Source: Klebsormidium nitens (taxonomy: Eukaryota; Plantae; Klebsormidiophyceae). From it: 64,000 nucleotides of DNA. Within the stretch, counting starts at the first letter, position 1; each line of letters begins with the position of its first letter. The DNA is taken from contig DF237118.1 in assembly GCA_000708835.1 (NCBI GenBank), forward strand, positions 62,001-126,000. The letters are read 5' to 3'. A model generated the notes under the pieces. The model saw nothing but the letters and a program-made list of their open reading frames with translations, was not told the DNA's origin and did not search any database. Both the position numbers and the translations under genes were made by a program. Of this stretch, positions 23,701 through 34,653 are shown piece by piece.

Positions 23701-26700
23701 TATCAGATTTGCCCTGGCTTAACGTTATCTCTCTTGAGTACCATTGGGCCATGTGTTGCCACCTTCAGGCCTAAGTCCAGCTTTCTGCCGTGCAAGTTGT
23801 ACAAGAGCTGGGGATTTTTCTTTGGCTGGTTTCTCTGCAACTTACAGCTCTGTTGTCTGGCGTGTTACTTCTCGCACTCGATGGCACCTTAGCTTCGTGG
23901 ACGTTCCTGGAAGTTCCTCGTAGGGTATCGTTCCATTTTAGGTGCTGCCTTTCTTTGAATACCTTTGTGATGCTTTGAACGGTGCGACGGTCTTTAGAGG
24001 TGCGACTTTGTCCACTGCCTTTCCTCCAGAAAGAGATTGCATCCTCTTGCGACAATAAAAGAAACGCAAAGAGAGCACAAGAGGATTTAGAGGAGGAATG
24101 GGGGAAAAGGTGCATTGCACTTTGCGGCTGCCAAGACAGACGGGGAAAATATGGTCGTTTCTCGAACCATCTTGGGCGGATGTGTCTCTTTTTCCATCCT
24201 TGCGTTTCATCTTTTGGAGGGACCTCGACATAATGGACAACTTGGCAATTCCTAGCTGGCTGGATCGCCGGTTTCAAATGTTTCAAGCGCCCTTCTCCGC
24301 CTCGAGAGGTCAGCTGTAAAGTACGGAATCCTACAAGAAGATTTCCACAGCGTCGGCTGATTCGGTTAACAAAAGGTGAACCAACGCTAGCATTATTTGC
24401 CGAGCGCATGCGAGGCCACGTGGGTTCAGGTGCTCAAGGTGATTGGTCCCTCAAGTTGACAAAAATAAAAGCTTCCCTTCAGCCTTAAAAGTCTGGACTC
24501 CCGGATCAAAAATACTATCCATTGCTGACGTAGCCCGCGCGTCGACTTCCTGCAGTTTCCAGCACGTGCGAGGCCACGTGGACCCACGTGCTGGTCGACG
24601 AGTTCCAGGACACGAGCGCGCAGCAGTACCGCTTCCTGCGCGCGCTCGCGCCGCACAAGCGGATCACCGTTGTGGGCGACGATGATCAGTCGATCTTCAG
24701 CTTTAATGGCGCCAACGCGGGGGGCTTCGGGGCGTTCCGAGCGGACTTCGTCGGGCATAAGGAGGTGGGAATTTGTGCACTCATCTATTGAGTGTATTTT
24801 TTGTAGAAGGGTTCTCGTATCTTCGTGAGGAAGTCGACGAGAGGGCTTTGCCATGCCAACACATCCGGAAGACCAAAGTCAAGCGTCCTCGCGGGAGGTT
24901 GTAAAGAAATATAGCGGCAGTGATTTCGTACAGTTTTAAGGCGTGACGTCAGTTTGACGGGTTGGAGAGAGGGCCCGACTGGAAAGCCTAAAACATATGC
25001 ATCTGCCTGCAAATTTAGATGGAAATCTACTTGTGAGATTACTACTGTGAGAAACTTTGAAGTAGACCACAGTGTTCAGTCGGTCGTCGGCCGAGAATTG
25101 TCGCAGGCTCTTTCTCTTTCTCACCCAAGCTCTCCTGTCATTTCGTTGTCGTACTATTGAGACGGGCTTTTCACCTTGCGTTCCTTATTGGGCAGAATTT
25201 TACGTAAGGTTAGTCCGACATGAACAGCAAGAGCGAAATTGCGCTGGAGTGATAGGGTGGGTAAGCACCACGGCTTGGCACCGTTCTCCTTTTTTGAAAT
25301 ATTCGAGACTTGGCGCGGCTGTATCATGCGCGAAAATCTGCTGAGTTTGAGCAGAGTTGAAGGACCAAAAAGTAGCGCCTAAGCGCATCTCAGAGTTTCA
25401 ATTTATGATGTCTTTCCGGGTAGGGCCAGAAACGATCCGTCGCTTTCCAACTACGGCGTATCTATCCCCAATAATAACAGATCTACTTTCAATACAGCCA
25501 GATGCAGATATTGCAAAGCCCTAGGGGCGGGTGGACTTACCTTGGGAATCAGCGCGGGTAAGAATGCGGACCGGTAAGTTTGTATCTAGTTTTCTGATTT
25601 GTTGAGTCCTCCCGGTTCCAATGTGTATCTCAACCTGGCTCAACTCATCCTGAGGTTGAGCCTTATCTTATTCCCCCGCAGGTCCGTCTCCAGCAGAATT
25701 ACCGCTCGACGGGCGTCATCGTCGCGGCCGCGGCCGCCCTGATCGCGCGCAACCGCGCGCGCTGCGTCGACAAGCGCGCGTTCACCGACAACGCTGCCGG
25801 GGACAGGATCGCCGTCGTCGAATGCCGCACGGAGCCGGCGCAGTGCGCGTTTGTCGTTGACAGCATCCTGATGGCCATCACCGGTAAGGCTGTAAAAGTA
25901 TCTGCAAGATACCCACACCGTCTCTGACTGAATGAGCGTTCCCCCATGTGTTTGCTTCCGAGGAGAGACGAATTGACGTCAAATGTCGCACGGAGCTCGC
26001 CCAGTGCGCGTTTGTTGTTTACAGCATTTTGATGGCGATCACCGATGAGATTGTGAATCTTACCACGAAGCAGATAGGCAGGGTAACGGACAAGGTGCAT
26101 CACCTCACTGGTGCTTGCGTGCTCATTTTTCTCTGCCAAACAATTTCTCACCCTTACCTGTCTGCTGTTTCCGTCATACTAAATGTTAGTTTGGCAAGAT
26201 AAGTACCGCTTCTGTGGTTGAAAGGGCGTCCTCGCATGAGGGGTTTGCAGCGCAAAACAGTTCTTGTTATGTGTCTGAGCCTTCATCACGGTCCAACAGC
26301 AATAGTTGTGTTGGCAACAATCAGAGCGAAGCCTTGGCTGAATGGATGCTTGAGGGGACGAGTTTTCCGAACGCACTCACGAAGTTAGGCTTGCGAGTCT
26401 ACCAGATTTTGGATGTACCTAAAAGCAGTCTTTATGTCTGGCTAGCGAGTCTTCCAGCAATCTGAGATTTCTTGCCTGATGAGAAAGATGCAAGCTCCGT
26501 CGATCTGATTGGCTTCGTCTTTCCAAAATACAAACCGTCCCGGAGCGGATCAGAGTTGCAACCGTCTCAAAAGTAGCTGCAAAAATCCGAATGTTATTGC
26601 AAGGAACTGTTAAGGTCCTTAACACAACCTTCACACGAGCAACGGTCCGAAAGAGCGTTTAGGTCACAAAGCAACGGTAAACAGGAAACGAAGCCGTTTC

Positions 26701-29700
26701 AGTCGCAGGAAACAGAGACGGAGACACCGTTTCTGATTGCAGGCAACGGTAGCGGTAACGGTGAGGGGCCGAAGTGGGGCGACTTCGCGGTGCTGTACCG
26801 GCGGCAGGTGACGGGTAAGGCGTTCCAGGAGGCGTTCCGCGCGCGGAAGATTCCGTTCAACTGCCACGGGGTGGCGTTCTACCGGAAAAAGGTGAGGAGA
26901 GCGGAGTGGGTGCTCGGAACGCGCGGAACGGGACCTTCGCTCAGAGAACAATGAGTGGGACGTGCAGGGTTCCCTTATCGATGGTAAAGTTAGGCGGTCG
27001 GTGCTTTTTGGAAGTCAGGACTGGCGTGCTTCAGCAAAAGGTACGGGAGCCGGAAGTGGTGGCTCCGAACGCTTCTGAAAGTTTCGATGATGCGGAGACG
27101 TGACTATTATCCGTACACAACGACTTTCTCTTCAGGTTCTTGACCGCGCACCTACGTATTCGAATTCAACTCATGCTGATCTACCAGGCATTCTGTCCCC
27201 TTTCGGTGCCCGCTACTCTTTACGTACTGGAAATCGCATTTTGTGTAAGGCCGTACCAACGGTAGCACATCCTCTTCTAAATAGGTTCAATCAACAACCT
27301 TCCCCTCAGTGCAGGTCATCTTCAAACTATGTGCAAAAGGGTCTACGCAAGCTAGGTTTACCTCGGGCGCATCAGCTTCAATCGGCGCTTCTTTTCGCTT
27401 TTGTGGAAGTCGCAACCTTCTCCTGATGGCGGGCTCTACTGGCGACACTAGATATCCTTTTCACCAGGTTAACATAATGGCGATTTTCCATTTCCTAAAC
27501 CCTGAACCCTTTGCAGGTCATCCGCAACGTTCTCGCGATGCTGCGGTTGATGGTCGACCCGTCGGACCCCGCGGCCGGGCGGCGCGCCTTCAAGGCCCTG
27601 TTCGGGGAGGAGAAGGAGGAGCGCAAGAAGGCCGTGGACTACGTCGAAAAGGTGGGCGGCCCAGAACAAGGCCCGATTCTCACAAGGGCGTCCTGAGAAC
27701 CGAAACGCATCAGCGACCAGAAACCGCAGAAACGGCCATTTTGGTCGCCGAGCCAAAGTTTCAAAAAGCAGTCCAGCCCGTCTGATGACCATTCCCCTCT
27801 CGGCGCGATCGCCAGCAGTGCGTTTTCAAAACTGACGCCCTCTTTCGGTGTGGGGCATTTTCGAAATGTGGGGTTCCTTTTGGCAACTGTTTCTGACGGA
27901 ATGGACAACGGATCTTTTCATTCTTGAGCAGTACTGATGATGCCAAAATTCCTCTTCCTGCCGCGAAATAGCAGCTCAACAAAACTCCGCAACCAAGTAA
28001 GGCCAGAAATTTTTCGACAGCCGCGAAAGGGATGATAGAAAGAGGAACAACGACCTCAAATTAACCACAACTTAGCGTAACTTGTAGCAGAGACAATAGA
28101 AACAGAAAAGCCAACTTAAACGTTTTGACCTCAATCTGTTTTTGCAGATGTCCCGCTCCAACAAGGAGGGCTTCCTGGCCACCTGCCGGGGCGTCTTCGC
28201 GGCGAAAGTCTCGGGCACGCTGTGCCGCAAAACCCTCGCGAAAGGCAAGAAGGCGGTCGCCGCGATCGACACCCTGATCAAGCTGGCGTCACGCGAGACG
28301 TCACTCTCCGCGCTGGTGACGTCAGTCGTGCAGTGCCTGCCGGCGCGGCCGGCCTTTGCCGCGCGGGCCGCGGTGGACGAGAGCGGGGGGAAGTACCTGA
28401 ACGAGGATGACGATCCTCGCACAGTAAGTGACGTCAGCCAATTCGCTTTCCTTGACTTCGCTTTCTTGCCTTGAAAACCACGATTGCCTTGGCAAACGCT
28501 TCATATTGGTAAGCGGCCATTGATTCAACTTGTCCACACTGCTGTAGATTTGATACCGGCGTCGCAAAACTGCGCTGCGCAGTGGATGGTATCTGATTAT
28601 CTCTCGAGTAAGCGTTCGACATTGCGTTCAGTAGAGCGCATCTGGACAAGTCTGACGCAGAATGCTTAATCGATTCTGTGAAGTGTACACCACCGACGAC
28701 AAAAGCAGCGACACCAGACTGTCGGGCCCCAAAAGTGTCCTTGGAATCACTTTACGGACGTCGTAGCAGATCTTCTCACGACTTTCGGTCAATGCTCTGC
28801 TCTCCACGGCGGTGATAATTCTCACTAGCGATCGGTTGAAGCTTGGAGCTGAGAGAATGGTCGATTCGACCAGATAGCGCTTGCTTATTTTATGCTGCTG
28901 GAGCGTAGAGCCACTTTCCTCTTGGAAGTGGAGCGAAGAGCTTGGGTTGAGCGCTGATGTATGCCCGACCATGGGCTGAAAATTAGTATCACAACATTTT
29001 GAACAAAGGAAGTAGAACTTTTTTCCTGCTAGTTGTGACGCTACCGGCCAGTCCACTGGACCAGATCCTTCAGCAGGACTGCAAGCCTCCCTCCTTCTCA
29101 ATACCAGTCAATAAGATTTTTCGTGGAAGTCAAATTGAGGATTACTTCACAGGGAAAGCTTTATAACCATCTTGCTCTGTCCCTGCAGCTCCTGACGGTT
29201 CTCATGGACGACGTTGACGACTTCCTCCGCAACCATTACTGCCCAGCTGACGTGGCACCCCCGGAGCCGATCATTCCCGACGCACGTGAAACAGGGGGGC
29301 GTTCGCACCAGCCAAATCTCCCCCCTGTTGAAAGGAACCATTCATTGCCCGCGCACTCTTCTGAGATCGTCTTCCCGTGTGATACAACCTCTGCCCAAAG
29401 GCGCAGTGTTGATGGAAATCCGGAACCCTTCGCTTACCTTGACCCTAACCAACCCCAAGGAACACGAGCCGAGACGTCAGTCGCTGACATCGACCTGGAG
29501 CATCAAGAGGAAAACCACCGGGGGTGGCTGCTTTCTGAACCGAGGTCTCACAACGACTCTAACCAGCCGCAAACCGACTCTAACCAGACCCGCAACGACT
29601 CTAACCAGACCCGCACCACCGCTAACCAAACCCATAACGAAGCCACCGGGTTAGGTTTCATGCGACCGGTGGTTTCCCCCGGGCGCGGCTGCGTGGGTTT

Positions 29701-32700
29701 GGTTAAGGTTTTCCTTGACCACGTGAACGTCCGGGAGGGTCAGAACTTCAAGACGCGGCGGGAGGAGAACCAGGACTCGGTTACGCTAACCACGATGCAC
29801 CAGTCGAAGGGCCTGGAGTGGGACACCGTATTTGTGATCAAGGTTAACGATAACGAGACGCCGTTACTGCACGAGGACGTGCACGGGAGGGTGGAGGAGG
29901 GGGCGGCATCGCTGGAGGTGAGCGATGACGTCAGATGCATTGATACTGTCCTCTAATGACGTCAGATGCAGAAATAATTGATAACTAAAGACTAACGTTT
30001 TACGCGAAACGGTAATGCTTTCTGAACATACTGACTTTGTTGAACCTTTAACCACACCGTTTTGGTGTTCTTGGGTCTGCCCTGCGGATCTTTCTTCAAA
30101 GTTTGCAATAAGTCATTCCGGGAGCAATTTCGACGCATACGGTCTCTAGAAGAAGCACTCTCGTAACGATCCTGCACAGGAGCGATCCACAAACTGGAGA
30201 AAACTGCAACCGAGTCTCCGCTCAATCCAGGAGGAGCTCTTCGAGGTTTCCCCTCAACTCCTTGTTCGTGCTTCTTTCGGCTGACATCCTTCGACGACTT
30301 TCGAGCATGAAAAGACCAAACACCATTATCTAAACATCCTCTCCGCCTCGCAGGAGGAGCGCCGCCTCTTCTACGTGGCCATGACGCGCGCCCGCAAGCG
30401 CCTCTTCCTGACGTATGTCGTGACGGACTCGCAACGTCAGCAACTCAGCCCCTCGCGCTTCCTTTGCGAGCTCCCTCATAATCTGCTCTCGTGGCAGGGT
30501 GGCAACGGCGCCCCGGCAAACCTCCCCTCCGCGCCGGAGATGGCCTGTCAGTGGGGTAACGGCGGCCGGGCAAACTTCCCCCCGGCACAGGAGATGGACT
30601 GTCAGCGGGGTAACAGCGGCCCGGCGAACCTCCCCCCCGCGCAGGTAACAGTTTTAAATCATGGCGAAGCCAAAGCAGGAGGATGCGGAGCGGGGGGAAG
30701 GTTGACGGAAGCGGGGGGGTAAACTGTGGGGCAGGCGGACCCGGGGAAATCAGGTATACTGTGAACGGGGAAGGGGGGGGAATCGGCCCAGCACCGAATG
30801 GCGCCGGCGGAGCGGCGGAGCAGTCGGCGGGGGGCATGCGCTTCTTGCAAAGGTGAGAAGGGCTAGCTGACGTCAATCGGTGGTCATCTTGAGTTCACAG
30901 AAGAGCCCTGTTGAGTTCGCAAGGGTCCACAAAGCTTAGGCTATCTTAGGACTGTTGAAAAAACCTTGCAGTATTGTTTGTCGAAGATCGGCGGGGGGGG
31001 CATGCGTTTCTTGCAAAGGTGAGGAGGGGGTAGAGCTGAGTGCACTTCGTCGTTCGTTGGGTTCCAAGGGCGAACACTCGCGCGACCGCGCAGAAAGTCA
31101 AGATGCTTGGCGCGCAGCGTTTTCTTTATATAGTCTCTTCCAGTTCTCAAAGATTCATATTCAAACGCTTCGTATCCATTCCACCGGACTCGCTTTCATC
31201 CGTCAGTCTCGCCAACATTTGCAAGCACAGTTCGCTCCTGCCTTGAAAAGGAGTGAGGGTGGTGATCTCTACCCAATCCGCGCCTTCGTTTAGTATCGTT
31301 GATCATCAGGGCCTTAGCCAGTGTCCGCCCGTTTCGGAGACCTTTTTGAAGGAGCGATCTCAAGCACTATCTCAAACTGCCCGTGCTCCTCGTTCCATGT
31401 TGGTTGAGTTCATCGCAGCTAGCAACTTTCGTTGTTTTCGCGAGTGCATAGCTTGTCAAAGTCCTTTTCGTGGGCCCCAGTTCTGGCGTATGATTCTTTT
31501 TCCCTGGACCTAAATTCCCGCTTAGTAGAGTCCCCTTTCCTCGGCCTGACTTCCGCTTACTGCAGTCACACTATTGAAGTCCAGATTCCCGGCTGATGAA
31601 CTCTTTTTTCGTGCGCTCAGATTCCCGGTCGAGTCGCGCGGTGTTATTGCCACGCTGTTGCACAAGTGGGCCAAGGCGGCCGCGTTCCAGGAGCCGACGC
31701 GGCTCCTCAAAAAGGTGAGAGAGCGCCACGTGGTTCATGACCCACGTGGGCTTCAAAGTTGGGGCTTGCGATAGTCTGGGCTGCCTGACACAAGTTAGCT
31801 CAGGCACATATCCAGACAAGAGAAGGAACATTCATTCATGGAGATCACACGAAGAATCTTAGGTTTTACGTGCCCGGATGATCCTAAATGCTCAGACGGA
31901 TCGGAGGCTGGGGGTTGTCCATCTTTTAAAAGCCAAAATGAGAGTTGATGCCTCCCTGCTGACCACAATACACAACGCGCTGACCGGCTTTCAGAACGGG
32001 CCGTCAAGCCGGCGGCATGGCCGAAGTGCAACGGCGACACGCGTCAATCACATCAGCGTCGTCTTGGGCACAACCCGATCAGGGATTACAAATACAACCG
32101 CGCTTGCGACGCCCACTTCAAGCGAATAGCAATCGGCCCTCGAAAAACATCGGTCGGAAGGATTTGTGCGGCAAGGTCTCAGTGCACGGAAGACTACATA
32201 GATTGTGCAGGTTCTCGCTGTGCTAGCACTTTGACGCCTTTGTGTTGGCGCTTTCCATTCTTTGGACAGCCTCAAGCGCCCTACTTACACCACTTTTCAT
32301 TCGCCTGCAGATTGGGTTTGTCGTTGATGAGAACCTGCGGAGCAAAAAGTGCAAAAGCAAGGTGAAGAGGCTCGGTCGAACAGCCAGCAAAGCTTCCTTC
32401 CCCCCAGCAACTTTTCCTTCTCAATGTCTCTTGGTCAGGGAGATTTTGACCAATTCTAACCTCGCCGTCTGCAGAGAGTTGTCAAATATATATCCAAGAG
32501 AGTTCCCTGGTTCGATTTGAATAGTTTCAGCTACACTCTGCTACCATCCCGTACCAAGCTCTAGTACATTCGTGCCGTTGAAGTAAGAAAAGGACTTTGC
32601 CCTTTCCCTTGCTTGGTCTGGGGGCACCACCTACTCCTTTACCGAACCTGGTGAGGCGGAGGATAGCCTACATTCAAATTAACCCGTTCTGTCGAGCCAT

Positions 32701-34653
32701 GCTTCTAGCTCTGCTTACCCAATCAACTGGTAATTCAAGTGACGCAACCCTCATATTAGCTGATATCCACTTTGCCTGTCGGTCCAGGACACGATGCGGG
32801 CGCTCAAGAGCGCTCTGGAAGAGGCTGACGCCGTGGCTTATGCACAGCATGTGAGTGGACCCCTCTCCCTTTTTGACCATGAAGGCCGACTCATTGGGCG
32901 CCGGACAGATTATTATACGGTCGCTTAAAGAGGGCCTCGTCGGACAAGTCCCCCGAAAAGACCTTATACCCGGAGATTCTCGTTCGGATCGCTCAAAAAG
33001 CCGCGTGGTTCCAAATCGCGGCGATAAGCAGTCGATGCCCAATACTTGTATGTCGCCGCAAGCCACATGGGGCAGATCACGCGATCTCGAAACGACTGCT
33101 ACGTCCTTCAGCAGCGACGGTCAGATACAGAGGGGCTCGTATCGGTCGTTTAGCGGAAAATTCAAGTAAGCAGAACGCGTACCTTTTTGTCAATCATGCA
33201 CACCAACGAAGTAAAAATTGCAGCGACTGCTAGCTCGTTTGACCAGCTGAAATGAAGTTGCTTTACTATCAAAGCATACGCGGGAGTAACGAGGAGTTCA
33301 CTTCAAACACCAAAAGAACAGCCAAACTCTTGTCAACAGCTTGTCTCTCTCTTCATCGGACTGGTGCAGTTGACTGCAGACTGCCTGACGTCCTTCGATC
33401 CGTCGGTTTCGTTCCTGCACCGACCTTCAAAGCACCGCTACCAGCTATGCGAGATGACTGCAAGGATCCTTACTACTCCGCTCGATACCAGCTATGGAGA
33501 TCACTGCAAATATGCTTACTAACCCGTTCCCCAACTCATTCCTGCTAACCGGTCGTGATTTCCAAGGTTTCGTTTCTAACCGGTCGGACTCTTTCAGGTC
33601 ATCCACTTTGAGCAGCTGCCCTTGGAGGAACGGGCACTGTTACAGGCGGAACGGCAGGTGAGAATACGCTCCCTCGTCGACCCCTGGGCCTACAAGGGGC
33701 TGAGATTCTCAACAGGTTGCAGTACAACAAGTTGGAGTCCTTTCGGCAGACTTGTGAGTTGCCGTTTTAGTTAGAAGTGGGTTGCCCGGTACTCACTTCT
33801 TTCTAGGCCAAGCGTAGTGCTTTCAACGTCCAAAGCAATTGTTAGCGCTTACAGTGCCTTTTCCCCTCTCATAAATGAGTATGTAAACCGTGAACACAAT
33901 GTATAAGTAAGGTCGATGGCAGTGCTGCTTCCTGGGCTAAGCGCCGGACCGAGGAGAGCAGGAGACAGTCGTGTTCGTCGATGGATGCGTTCACATTCAG
34001 CTCGTCTTACGTTTCTGAAGAGATGTATTCCTTCTGGTCGGGAGTGACCTGAACCTTCGGGAAATTGAATAAGTAGAAGTTTGAAGAATTGTTACCCTGC
34101 TTGTCGCACAGGAGCACTTTCAGCAGCAGTGCAGCGACCGGGCGATGGCGACCGCATCTGTGACTGCGAAGCAGGTAAGGTCGCCCTGCAAGCACCAGAG
34201 GCATCGGATTTAATCAGACCTATGACTAGCTTGAAGTTCAATAAGGTTATTCATGGCTAAATGAACGACCACCGTGCTTCGTGTTCCTTGAAGACCTTCT
34301 TCGTTTTTTTCTTTTACTTTTGAAGTCGTTTTTTTTCTTTGGATCCTGGTCGCCGGATCAAATTTACACTTTGCTGCCACCCGGTTAAAGGGTCTCACCG
34401 TTCGAATCGTTACATCTTTCATCGGCAGGAAGGCCGTTAGAGAGAGATGTCGTTTGCAGTCTGAGTTGCCCGCAAACGATCAAATCTATTGCTACGTTTG
34501 TTTCGACAATCGGATACTGAATCATAAACTTGTCTCAATTCGTCTGTTCCTCTTGCTCCACAGATGGCATACTTGAGGAGTCTGGGCTGCACCGCCAATC
34601 CGACAAATAGGCTCGAGGCGTCGAAGCTGATTGAGCATTACAAGTCTATATAA
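17764..34653 (+). CDS. SRS2: SRS2-like UvrD/REP (SF1) ATP-dependent DNA helicase with a long disordered N-terminus
   Basis: Preferred exons: 17764-20001, 20812-20957, 21847-22015, 22609-22771, 24556-24764, 25682-25883, 26743-26891, 27517-27651, 28148-28423, 29189-29917, 30354-30644, 30972-31018, 31621-31714, 32311-32361, 32788-32850, 33598-33657, 34112-34174, 34564-34653. Motifs: [79 protein letters not shown] and [14 protein letters not shown]. The plant-SRS2-type C-terminus reads LHKWAK..AFQEP.RLL.K and LGC...P..RL.AS.LI..YKS. The 30645-31018 region has alternative models. Confidence 0.93.
20455..20811 (+). repeat. Two degenerate tandem copies of the SRS2 intron 1/exon 2 junction
   Basis: Copies of GTGCTGGCGCTGACGTTCAC...ATGCGCGAGCGCGTGG begin at 20457 and 20639, against the real exon at 20812. 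Shared intronic ATCCTACAG(A/G)GT...CAACCGTCTGAAAC occurs at about 20556 and 20727. Confidence 0.9.
22702..24000 (+). repeat. Array of about 210-bp tandem units, each copying the 3' end of SRS2 exon 4, its donor and the start of intron 4
   Basis: CGGTGCGACGCTCTGGAC...GAGACCGACTCG(G/A)A(A/C)GGTGGG starts at 22702 (real), 22912, 23119, about 23328 and 23541 (truncated), with a further decayed copy at about 23840-24000. Confidence 0.93.
29551..29640 (+). repeat. 21-bp coding tandem repeat (about 4 copies, N-D-S-N-Q-T-R-like) in the SRS2 insertion
   Basis: CAACGACTCTAACCAGCCGCA / AACCGACTCTAACCAGACCCG / CAACGACTCTAACCAGACCCG / CACCACCGCTAACCAAACCCA. Confidence 0.85.
30490..30650 (+). repeat. About 54-57-bp coding tandem repeat (3 copies) after helicase motif VI
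   Basis: Peptides [18 protein letters not shown] / [18 protein letters not shown] / [13 protein letters not shown]. Confidence 0.85.

Noticed and set aside
23771-24409. 212-aa minus-strand ORF inside SRS2 intron 4
   Set aside because: No domain signature and composition unlike the real exons; treated as a chance ORF.
27300-27480. Echo copies of the SRS2 exon 8 acceptor (TGCAGGTCATC at 27310)
   Set aside because: Only 11 bp match, mostly splice consensus; too weak to count.
30645-30700. 56-nt intron as the fix for the SRS2 frameshift
   Set aside because: It restores frame but has a purine-rich AAG acceptor and is far shorter than the other introns here. The 30645-30971 intron has better signals.
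32500-32540. GGTTCGATT as a tRNA T-loop
   Set aside because: No acceptor, D or anticodon stems can be formed around it.
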